A stretch of 43,180 nucleotides of DNA. Origin: Polyangiaceae bacterium (lineage in GTDB: Bacteria > Myxococcota_A > Polyangia > Polyangiales > Polyangiaceae). Position numbers and translations under genes: made by a program. Positions 1 to 8,432 of this stretch are shown in pieces. Position 1 is the stretch's first letter. The number at the start of each line of letters is the position of its first letter. Location: positions 1-43,180 of the forward strand of contig JBGANF010000060.1 of NCBI GenBank assembly GCA_044222475.1, given 5' to 3'. Below the pieces are notes generated by a model. The model worked only from the letters and a program-made list of their open reading frames with translations, searched no databases and was not told where the DNA came from.

Positions 1-87
1 TACCGCTTCCGCGCCCCGGAAGAGACGCAGGAAGACTTCGCCGCCCGCATCGCGAAGGAAAACGCGGAAGAAGCCAAGAAGCCCTGA
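1..87 (+). CDS. 3' end of an unknown CDS truncated by the window edge
   Basis: Frame 1 reads YRFRAPEETQEDFAARIAKENAEEAKKP* with GC-rich third codon positions and ends at TGA 85-87. Confidence 0.55.
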   Translation, partial: YRFRAPEETQEDFAARIAKENAEEAKKP

Positions 88-331
88 GGGTGGCTACGCG
101 TCGCGCGGGTCGGTGGCGCGGCGACCACCGTTCGCGCGTCGCCCTTCGGGCCGCGGGAAGACGCGACGGTCCTCGGCGCGCCGGCGGTCTTCGATGCGTC
201 GCCGCTCGGGGGTTCGCGGAGGAGGCGAAGGTGACTTGCGCGGCATGGTCCGAGGATGGGCAAGAACGCGGCGAGCGGGCAAATTAATGGCGCGTTGACG
301 CGCCTTGCCGGTCTAGGGGAGAGTTCGGCTC

Positions 332-2254
332 GTGCACACGCCCTACACCGCGACGCCCGGCGAGGCATTCCTCGTCGCGCAGAGTGCGACCGGCGTCGCG
401 GCGATGGGCATCACGTGGGCGCAGCGCCGCGTGCTCCGCCTCGGGACGCCGTTCGTGCTCCTCGCGATCGCGTGCACGGTCCTCGCCAATCCCCTCCCCG
501 GCTTCCTCGCCGCGCTCCATCGACCGTCGATCGACCCCGGCATGACGCTCGGCGTGCTCCGCGTCGGCGCGTGGTGCTTTCTGATCGGGGCGCTGCTCGC
601 TCGCGGGTCGATCGGCGCGAAGGTCGCGGCGATCGCGATGCACGTCGCCGCGCTCTACGGCAACCGCTTCTTCGTGGAGTCGACCTGGGAGGTGACGGTG
701 ATGCACCTCACGCTGGGAATGGCGAGCATCGGTCTCGTGACGCGCGGGCCCTCCGCGCCGCCGCGGGGCCGCGTGTTCTCGACCGACGAAGAGATCGTCC
801 AAGACGTGGCCCACTTCCTCGTCCCGACGATTCTCGCCGCGATCGTCGGCAAGTACGTGCTTCGCTCCGGGATCGATAGCTCGGACGAGTGGGCGTACAC
901 GTTTCAAGCTCACGTCTACGCCAAGCTCGAGTCGTACTCGGTCGCATCTCCGTGCGGTCACGCGTTTCAGAATTTCTGGGTCTTCGACTGGGGCGGCAAG
1001 CGCTTCTCGCAGTACCTGCCCGGTTGGCCGCTCTTCCTCGTGCCGTTCGTGTGGTTGCGGGCCATCGGGCTCGCCGGACCGGTGAGCCTCGGCGCGCTCG
1101 CCGTGGTCTGCGGACGCCTCGCGCGGCGCCTCGTCGATCGCCCTGCTCGACCATGGGCGGCTTCGATCGCGGTGGCGACGCTCGCCGTCGGGAGCACGTG
1201 CTTGATCAACGGTGGCTCTCGCTTTCCTCATCTGTGGGTCGGCGCGTGCTTCGCGTGGAGCCTCGAGATCCTCCTCCGATGCGGCGAGGTGACGACTCGG
1301 CGCGCGCGGATCGCGTGGGGCGCGGCGTTCGGGATCGCGATCGTCTGGCTCCTGTCGACGCGCCTCTCCGATGGGCTTCTCCTCGGCACTGGCGTCTTCG
1401 TCTTGTTCGTGGTCCAGCTCGTCCGACGCCGAATCGCGCTCGCATCGTTCGCCGCTGGCCTCGCGAGCGCGCTCGTCTTCGGCGGGTGGACGCTCTGGGT
1501 TCTCCATCAGCAGCTCGGCACGTGGTTCACCACCGGGTACTCGATCAACGAGTTCATCCACCCGTGGAACAAGTACGAGTTCGGCAAGCCGGAGCCGGCC
1601 GACTGGAAGTGGGGGTTCCCTCTCGGGACCGGGGCGTATTGTTGGTTCCCGGCGTCGGTCGCGCTCGGCCTGTTCGGGCTCGCGCGCGCTCGGCGTGGCT
1701 CGCGCGTACTCGCGTTCGCGATGATCTTCTCGGCGGGCGCGCTCCTCGTCTTCTACTCGTTCTTCAAGGTCGGGCGCGGCTTCGACTGGGGCTACGGGCC
1801 ACGGTACCAACTCCCGACGATCGTGCTGTGGAGCGTCGGAACCGGCGCCGCAGTCGCTTCGATGGCCCAGCGCACCGCGCGGGGCCTGCTCTCGTGGGAG
1901 CGCGCACGCGCAGTCGGACCGTTCGTCGCGAGCACGGCCCTCGCGACGCTTCTCCTCGCGCCGATGCTCTACCCGATCAACACGGACTCCGTGATGAAGC
2001 TGGAGGAGGTCAACGACCGCGTGCGAGAGAACGGGGTGCGCAACGCGATCGTCATCGTGGGCGCGAGCGGGACCGGGGAGCGCGGCGGGCTCGACCTCAC
2101 GCAGAACCTCCCGCTCGACCTCTACCCGAACCAGAGCGTGCTCGTCGCGCAGCCGGTGACCGCCGACGAGGACCGCTGCCTCCGCGACACGTTCCCGACG
2201 CGCACGTTCTGGGAAGCGCGCGGAAATCCGGTCACGCTCACCCGAGCCCCGTGA
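332..2254 (+). CDS. Polytopic membrane glycosyltransferase, GT-C fold (ArnT/PMT-like)
   Basis: 640 aa with many hydrophobic helices. Acidic loop DSSDEWAYTFQA, then SQYLPGWP, WGYGPRY and a soluble C-terminal domain. Confidence 0.75.
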   Translation: MHTPYTATPGEAFLVAQSATGVAAMGITWAQRRVLRLGTPFVLLAIACTVLANPLPGFLAALHRPSIDPGMTLGVLRVGAWCFLIGALLARGSIGAKVAAIAMHVAALYGNRFFVESTWEVTVMHLTLGMASIGLVTRGPSAPPRGRVFSTDEEIVQDVAHFLVPTILAAIVGKYVLRSGIDSSDEWAYTFQAHVYAKLESYSVASPCGHAFQNFWVFDWGGKRFSQYLPGWPLFLVPFVWLRAIGLAGPVSLGALAVVCGRLARRLVDRPARPWAASIAVATLAVGSTCLINGGSRFPHLWVGACFAWSLEILLRCGEVTTRRARIAWGAAFGIAIVWLLSTRLSDGLLLGTGVFVLFVVQLVRRRIALASFAAGLASALVFGGWTLWVLHQQLGTWFTTGYSINEFIHPWNKYEFGKPEPADWKWGFPLGTGAYCWFPASVALGLFGLARARRGSRVLAFAMIFSAGALLVFYSFFKVGRGFDWGYGPRYQLPTIVLWSVGTGAAVASMAQRTARGLLSWERARAVGPFVASTALATLLLAPMLYPINTDSVMKLEEVNDRVRENGVRNAIVIVGASGTGERGGLDLTQNLPLDLYPNQSVLVAQPVTADEDRCLRDTFPTRTFWEARGNPVTLTRAP

Positions 2255-2285
2255 CGATGGTGTCTCGCGTTGCGTCGAGGCCCCG

Positions 2286-3218
2286 ATGATCGGTACGTTC
2301 CCCCGGGTGCGGTCTTTCCTTCGCGAGTTCTTTCTTCTGCGGCAGGCCGAAGCCGCAGCGCGAGCGAGCGCACCTCGAAAACCCCGCGCTCAGGCTCTCC
2401 TCGACGCCGCCGGGGTCCGCATTCAGTCCGCCGAGTCGCTCGCGTCCGCCGACACGCTCGGGGCGCTGGTTCTCTATCGCGAAGCGGTCGCGCTGATCGG
2501 CGACGCGTGGGGCGCAGAGTCGCGCACGTCGTCGGAGGCCATTCGTCACGCCCTCGCCGAGGTTCCCGAGCCGCAACGCGCCGCGCTCACCCTCACGCTC
2601 GACGCACTCGAGCGCGACGCCCCCCTGGCGTTCGACGAAATGACCGTCGACGCCAGAGCCGAGCTCCGAAGGGACGCCGTCGGGCTCGTCGAGTGGATGC
2701 TGGGCAAAGAGCGACGACTCGGGCTCATGCAGGTTCGCATCGTCCGAGCGATGCGACTCGCGGGGGCGGCGCTCGCGCTCGTCCTCGTCGGTCGCGTCGC
2801 GTACGGCGCGTTGTTCGCTTCGCCGAACCGCGCGCTCCACAAACCGGTCGTCGCCACGAGCCGCTGGGCCGGAACGCCCGACCCGAGCGGCCTCACCGAT
2901 GGCGTACGCTCCGGCCTCGGCATTGCCACCGGATCGGAGCCCTCGCCGACGATCACGGTCGACCTCGGCATCCCGTATCAGGTCGACCGCATTCGGGTGT
3001 ACCCGCGCACGGATTGTTGCCCCGACGATGCGTTGCCGCTCGTCGTCGAAGTCGGCGACCAAGGCGATGCCACGCCGTTCGTCGCCGAGCGCACGACCCA
3101 TTTCGACGTGTGGGAGGTCGACGTGGGAGGCCACAAGGCCTCGACCATCCGCATCAAGACGAGGCGCAACCCGGGCTACATCGCGCTCGCCGAGCTCGAG
3201 GTCTTCGGCAAGCGTTGA
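2286..3218 (+). CDS. Membrane-anchored discoidin (F5/8 type C) domain protein
   Basis: N-terminal helical region, one TM helix, then NRALHKPV...ITVDLG...IRVYPRTDCC...YIALAELEVFG, typical of discoidin/fucolectin-like domains. Confidence 0.8.
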   Translation: MIGTFPRVRSFLREFFLLRQAEAAARASAPRKPRAQALLDAAGVRIQSAESLASADTLGALVLYREAVALIGDAWGAESRTSSEAIRHALAEVPEPQRAALTLTLDALERDAPLAFDEMTVDARAELRRDAVGLVEWMLGKERRLGLMQVRIVRAMRLAGAALALVLVGRVAYGALFASPNRALHKPVVATSRWAGTPDPSGLTDGVRSGLGIATGSEPSPTITVDLGIPYQVDRIRVYPRTDCCPDDALPLVVEVGDQGDATPFVAERTTHFDVWEVDVGGHKASTIRIKTRRNPGYIALAELEVFGKR

Positions 3219-5047
3219 AAGCGGTCGGGCTTCAGCGGAAGCTCGCACTCGAGAAAATACCGATCGCCGGGGCGGCAGAGCCCGCGAGCCTTCAAGTCGG
3301 TGCACACGGCGTCGGAGCGTGATCCGCGCCAACACACCGCGGGCGCAGACGCGTCGACCACCGTCCCCTCGAGCGTCGACCGTTGTCGTTCGACGTTGGA
3401 GTCGGGGAAGATGGGCATCTTCCATCCGGCATGATCGTTCCCCGGGAGCCAGAGGGATCGGCACGCCGAGTAGAGCGACCACCCGGACTTGTCGATGTAG
3501 ATCCTCTGCGGGGACTCGCCGAAGCGAGCTGCGGCGACGTCGCGACAATCCACTTCGAACAGATCGAACGGCATGTCCGCGTCGTGACCTCCGGCGGTGA
3601 ACTCGGAGTAGCGGAGCTTCTCCACCATCGCCGAGCCGTCGTAGAGCGACGCGATCATGGGCACGCCGAACGCGACGACGAGGACGGGAACGAACTGCCG
3701 GCGGAGAGTCGGTTGGGTCAGCGCGACGACCGACATCGAGACGACGAAAATGGGGACGTAGTAGCGCTGAGCCTCGCCGGCGGACTCGTTCACCACGAGA
3801 CACACGGCGAAGAGACCGGCCACGAGCAGCACCGAGAGAACGAACGCGACGACACCGAACGCTGGGCGCGCCGCCGACGCAGGCCGCCGCACGAGCGAGA
3901 GCACGAGCGCGATCGCGGATCCGAGCGGTGCTCCGAGCTGGCGCACCGCCAACGTCGCACCGTCCATCGAGAACACCGGAGTGTGGATCCCCTCCGTGCC
4001 GGCGAACCGAGGCGCAACCCACCGCATCGCGCGGACGGCACCGCCGCTACCCAACGTCCCCGTGAGCACGAGGTTCGGTACGACCACGAGCCACGCCAAC
4101 GCGACGAGCAAACCGAAACCGCGGAGCCGTGAGCGCGCGAGGATCTTCGGCGCAAAGAGCCACGTGACGGCGAGTGAGAGCCCGAACACGCCCGCCGAGG
4201 CCTCGTCGCAGATGGCGACGACGAACAAGCTGGCCGCGAGCGCGCGGCGCGCCCCGGCGACGTGCGGAGCGACGACTCGAACGACCACCGCTCCGACGAG
4301 CCCGACGCTCGCGACGAACGACACCGGCACGTGCGGCCGATACGTGACGATGTCGAAGGGGTAGAACGGCTCGTCCTTCGCGGTCACGCCGATGAGCCTC
4401 GGCACGAGGTCGTGGTGGACCACTGCGAGCGCGCAGAAAGCGGGGAACACCCACGAGCGAACGCCGAGGGCGCGTGCGAACAGAACGATCCACGCCGCGC
4501 CCAGCCCCATGTACACGTCATGTACGAGCGAGAGCGCGGCGGCGGACGACAGGTGATCGAGCGAGAAGGCTCGCGCCTCGGCGGCGACCAAGTCCCCGCC
4601 CCAATGGTAGTGGAGGCGAGTCGCGTTGAAGACGTTGTCGAACGGGAGGCGCTGCCCCTCGATCGACGGAACGAGCGGCAGATGCCACTGCCGGTCGCCG
4701 AGGTACGTGAACGTCCACGACAGGTGCGTGCTGGTCAGCACGACGAGCGTGAAGACGATGGCGGCGCCGACGAAGGCCATCGGTGGGTGCGCGACCCGGC
4801 TCGTTCCGCCCAATCGCCAGATCACGAAGGCGACCGAATAGAGGACGCGCGAGACCATGGCCGCCCAGCAGACGGGGAGGACCGTCGCCAAGACGATCAC
4901 GACGCAGAGGTCGACTCCGAACGCGACGGCGACCCTCAAGAGCGCTTCCGCGAACGATCCGCGCCCGCGCGGAGCCGCGAAGTACGCGAGCACGAGAGGA
5001 AGCACGAGCCCCGCGGTGGAAAGGAGAAACCACGGAGCGGGAGGCAT
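3176..5047 (-). CDS. Polytopic membrane protein, probable GT-C glycosyltransferase
   Basis: 623 aa, many TM segments, loop motif GDRQWH...LPF...LHYHWGGD, and a Cys-containing soluble C-terminal domain. Confidence 0.65.
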   Translation of the reverse strand: MPPAPWFLLSTAGLVLPLVLAYFAAPRGRGSFAEALLRVAVAFGVDLCVVIVLATVLPVCWAAMVSRVLYSVAFVIWRLGGTSRVAHPPMAFVGAAIVFTLVVLTSTHLSWTFTYLGDRQWHLPLVPSIEGQRLPFDNVFNATRLHYHWGGDLVAAEARAFSLDHLSSAAALSLVHDVYMGLGAAWIVLFARALGVRSWVFPAFCALAVVHHDLVPRLIGVTAKDEPFYPFDIVTYRPHVPVSFVASVGLVGAVVVRVVAPHVAGARRALAASLFVVAICDEASAGVFGLSLAVTWLFAPKILARSRLRGFGLLVALAWLVVVPNLVLTGTLGSGGAVRAMRWVAPRFAGTEGIHTPVFSMDGATLAVRQLGAPLGSAIALVLSLVRRPASAARPAFGVVAFVLSVLLVAGLFAVCLVVNESAGEAQRYYVPIFVVSMSVVALTQPTLRRQFVPVLVVAFGVPMIASLYDGSAMVEKLRYSEFTAGGHDADMPFDLFEVDCRDVAAARFGESPQRIYIDKSGWSLYSACRSLWLPGNDHAGWKMPIFPDSNVERQRSTLEGTVVDASAPAVCWRGSRSDAVCTDLKARGLCRPGDRYFLECELPLKPDRFQRLPKTSSSASAM

Positions 5048-5050
5048 GAA

Positions 5051-6868
5051 CTACCGTCGCCTCATGCGGGAGTGCGCGGCGAGTCCGAGGGCGACTGCCA
5101 CGCAGAGGAACACTCCCAAGTACAAATACTTCGGTCGATAGCGGAAACGGACGGTGCCCGACGACTCCGACACTGGCGTGGCGAGGAGATCGTTCCAGTT
5201 CTCGACCCCGGCTTCCGCCCCCCAACCGGCATCCCAGTTCTGATTCATCACGAGGAGATCGCCCGGCGTCGCACCCTCGTAGTGCACGGTGACCTCGTTG
5301 GGGGTCCAGTGTTCGAACGTAGCCGTGCCGGTTCCCGAAGCGAGGAAGACCTCGCCGCGATAGGCAGGGTCGTCGATCCCCTTGGCGCCGAGCCCCGGCA
5401 CCCGGCCCTGCCGATCGCGGTAGTACGAGTGGAAACCTGGGAAGGTGCCGCAGTCGATGACGCCGACGTCACCCATCATCGCCGGAACGGAGGGGGGCGC
5501 CCAGTCGGCCCCGGCGTACCGCAAGGCACCGGTCGCGAGCCTCTCCTGATGGAAAGGGGCCGTGCTCGGTGCGATCGTGGGCCCCTCGTTGGGGAACGCG
5601 TTCGTGAGCTCCTTGGCCGACTCTTGCGCGACGTCGAAACCCACGGCCAGAGCACCGGCGAGGAGTGCCGCTTCGAGGACCCATCGACGACTCCGGATTC
5701 GACCAAGCAGCCGATTCATGGAACCTGCGGTCGAAGCTAGGAGCATCAGAACCATCGGATAGAACCATCGCGACGGTACATGCTGCGATTTGAACACTGG
5801 CACGTAGTCGTGGAGGAGGGCCCACGGCGCGACCGGGCTGAAGCGGCCCAATCCGATGGCAAGACACGCGATCCCGCCGAACGCGGCTGCGCGCTCGCGC
5901 CACCGCACGGCGAGCAGCGGAGCCGCCAGCATCGCGGCGAGCGCCACCCAGCCCACGTAAATGCCGAACTCATGCCAGCCCCACGGACCCACGGCGGGGC
6001 GCGCGTCGCCGCTACGTGCGGTGAAGATCCCGACGAGTCCGTTGAGATCGATCGTCTCCGGTGAGTCGACGAGCCGAGGGAACCGCCGAAAGGTTTCGGC
6101 GAGGGGGAGGAGCTTCGGTGCAGAGAACGCAAACGAGAGCACGCCGCCTGCGGCCAGCAAAACGAGCGGGCGCCATGAGCGGAAGGCGGCACATGCGACC
6201 AACGCATAGACGAGGAGGAGCACGATCGCTTGTGGGAGCGGGTAGATCCCGCCCCAATAGACCATTGCTGCCAACGTGAGACCGAGGCCGACGACGTTTC
6301 GCTTCGAGGATGGCGGCGCGGCGAGCGCGCGGTCGAAGAACCACAGTGCCCACGGGACGAGCGCGTAATAGAGATGCCACACGTGACCGAGCTCGACCCC
6401 GAGCGCCCAGCGAGTGTTCAACGCGAACGCGGCGCTTGCGAGGAGACGGAGCCCGCCGACAGACGAGAGCCGGCCGACGAAGAGCCACGCTCCGAGCGCA
6501 CCCGCCACCGTCACCGCTACTATCTCGAGGCGAACGGCGAGCGGGAGGGGAGCGAGGAGGTAGACCGGAAGGAGCGGCGACACCAAATTCGTGCCGCTCT
6601 CCGCACCGCCCCACCAGGTGTGACCTCCGCAGTTGTATGGGTTCCAGGCGGGAAGCTGGTGGTAGCTCTTCAACACCTTCACCGCCAAGTAGCGGTGGGC
6701 CTCCATTTGATCCCAGTCGTGGCTCCCCCATGTGGTGGGGTGCTTGAACAGCGGAGCGACCGCGACGCCAACCAAGACCAGGAGTGCGAGCAAGCTGAGG
6801 GCGCTCAACACGCGGGTCGCGCGCGGGAGGTTTTCGGTCGGCGGCGACTCGGTCACCGAATCTTGCAC
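5051..6868 (-). CDS. YfhO-like GT-C membrane glycosyltransferase
   Basis: HDWDQ and PAWNPYNCGG near the N-terminus. C-terminal LVMNQNWDAGW...VRFRYRP plus a final TM helix, as in YfhO-like proteins. Confidence 0.7.
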   Translation of the reverse strand: MQDSVTESPPTENLPRATRVLSALSLLALLVLVGVAVAPLFKHPTTWGSHDWDQMEAHRYLAVKVLKSYHQLPAWNPYNCGGHTWWGGAESGTNLVSPLLPVYLLAPLPLAVRLEIVAVTVAGALGAWLFVGRLSSVGGLRLLASAAFALNTRWALGVELGHVWHLYYALVPWALWFFDRALAAPPSSKRNVVGLGLTLAAMVYWGGIYPLPQAIVLLLVYALVACAAFRSWRPLVLLAAGGVLSFAFSAPKLLPLAETFRRFPRLVDSPETIDLNGLVGIFTARSGDARPAVGPWGWHEFGIYVGWVALAAMLAAPLLAVRWRERAAAFGGIACLAIGLGRFSPVAPWALLHDYVPVFKSQHVPSRWFYPMVLMLLASTAGSMNRLLGRIRSRRWVLEAALLAGALAVGFDVAQESAKELTNAFPNEGPTIAPSTAPFHQERLATGALRYAGADWAPPSVPAMMGDVGVIDCGTFPGFHSYYRDRQGRVPGLGAKGIDDPAYRGEVFLASGTGTATFEHWTPNEVTVHYEGATPGDLLVMNQNWDAGWGAEAGVENWNDLLATPVSESSGTVRFRYRPKYLYLGVFLCVAVALGLAAHSRMRRR

Positions 6869-7485
6869 TCGGCGTAGGTGTTCAGGCCGAATTTGTGGGT
6901 CATGCAGTGGACGATCTCGCTCGGGCGGAAACCGCTCTCGACGAGGACGGTCCAGAACTCATGCGGCGTGTAGTACCGCTTGTGGTCGTCGATCTCGAGC
7001 TCGGACGTGACGTGGAGACGAAACGCCGCGGTCTCGAGAAAGAACTTCCCGCGCCACGACGGCACGTTGAGCGAAGCGACTCCCCCAGGACGGAGCACAC
7101 GGCGAATGTGGCGCAAAGCCGTTCGCGGATCCCAGAGGTGTTCGAGCACGTTGTTGCAGATGACCAGGTCCAACGTTGCGTCGGAGATCGCAGCGAGTGC
7201 GTCAGGGAGCACGCCCTCGATGGCGCGAACCTTCGGGTCGGCCTTCAGGTCGTCGGCGAGGGAAAGATCGACGAGCGTTGCGCTCGAAACGTCGTGGAGC
7301 ACGGACCGCACGAACCCCGCGTGGAACCCGCAGCCGAAGTCCGCGATGTCCTTGCCGCGGAAGGTCCCCGCGGACCGCCGAATGCGCCGTGCCGAGAGCC
7401 AGATCCCAAAGCGGTCGATCGGAGTTTGGCGGTATTCTTCGCCGAACGCCACGGCCCGTACTCCCTCCCGATTCGGGACACTCAT
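6853..7485 (-). CDS. Class I SAM-dependent methyltransferase
   Basis: IADFGCG motif I, DLVICNNVLEHL and RVLRPGG. ATG at 7485 chosen; 7518 is an alternative start. Confidence 0.9.
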   Translation of the reverse strand: MSVPNREGVRAVAFGEEYRQTPIDRFGIWLSARRIRRSAGTFRGKDIADFGCGFHAGFVRSVLHDVSSATLVDLSLADDLKADPKVRAIEGVLPDALAAISDATLDLVICNNVLEHLWDPRTALRHIRRVLRPGGVASLNVPSWRGKFFLETAAFRLHVTSELEIDDHKRYYTPHEFWTVLVESGFRPSEIVHCMTHKFGLNTYAECKIR

Positions 7486-7524
7486 GGCAACGCAGGGTGC
7501 ACCAACCGGCTGAATCACGCAAGG

Positions 7525-8379
7525 TCAGCGCCCGAAGACCTCGACTTCGTTCAGCGCGATGTACCCCGGATCGGAGCGGCGAATGCGAACGTATCGAGCC
7601 GCGCGCCCGCCCGCATCCATCGACCAGACGTCGAAATGGTTCGTCCGTCGCGCGACGGGGTCGTAGGTGACGCCGTCGGTCGAGGTGTCGACGAGGAGCG
7701 GGAGCGAGTCGTCGAACCATCCGTCGCCGCGGTTGTAGACCTTGATCGTGTGAATCGTATGTACGGCCTCGAGATCGATCACGATCTGCGGCGCCGGTTC
7801 GTCGTTCGTGTGGATCCCGATCGTGCCTTGCGTGCGACCGTCGACGAGCTCGGCAGGGTTCGGCGGGTTCAGCCGGATGCTGCTCGGAGACACGGGCTTC
7901 CCGAGCGCGAGATTCCGCTCCCCAAGACGCGAGCGCGCGAAATGCGAACCGACCAACGCGATCAGGAGGCCGATCGCGACGAGCCGGGCGATTCGGGTCG
8001 CGCGCAGTGCGATGGGAGTCCGCAGCTCGAGCGAGCCGAGCAGCGCGGCGATCTTCGCGTCGAGCGCTTCACGTCGAGTCTCGTTCTCCTCGAGCGAACC
8101 GCGATCGATCTCGAGCTCCGAGACCGGCTCGAGAGGGTCGGGGGGGGTGGTGCCCATGAGCTCGGCCGCGCGCGCGGCGTGAACGTGCGCCGATCGCAGG
8201 AGCTCCAAGGCGGGCACGGGATGGGTGAGCCGGCGTGATGCACGGAGCCGCAACCGGGCAGCGGCAGCGCGCTCGACCATCTCCGACCGTCGCGTTTCGT
8301 CGAGGGCCGTCGCTCGTCGTTCGGCATCGCGAAGGAAGAGAACCTCGACGAATCCGGCGAAAAGATGGCTCATTGACAT
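7525..8379 (-). CDS. Membrane-anchored discoidin (F5/8 type C) domain protein, paralog of 2286-3218
   Basis: TM helix then NLALGKPV...IVIDL...IKVYNRGD...RTNHFDVW...PGYIALNEVEVFGR. Confidence 0.8.
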   Translation of the reverse strand: MSMSHLFAGFVEVLFLRDAERRATALDETRRSEMVERAAAARLRLRASRRLTHPVPALELLRSAHVHAARAAELMGTTPPDPLEPVSELEIDRGSLEENETRREALDAKIAALLGSLELRTPIALRATRIARLVAIGLLIALVGSHFARSRLGERNLALGKPVSPSSIRLNPPNPAELVDGRTQGTIGIHTNDEPAPQIVIDLEAVHTIHTIKVYNRGDGWFDDSLPLLVDTSTDGVTYDPVARRTNHFDVWSMDAGGRAARYVRIRRSDPGYIALNEVEVFGR

Positions 8380-8432
8380 CGGCGCCGGGAACCTTTCGCG
8401 GGGGCCGCGGATGGGCTAGATCCTACGGTCCT

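Noticed and set aside
88..331. Small ORFs or structured RNA upstream of the first GT-C gene
   Set aside because: The ORFs are Arg-rich with no coding signal, and no recognisable RNA motif was found.
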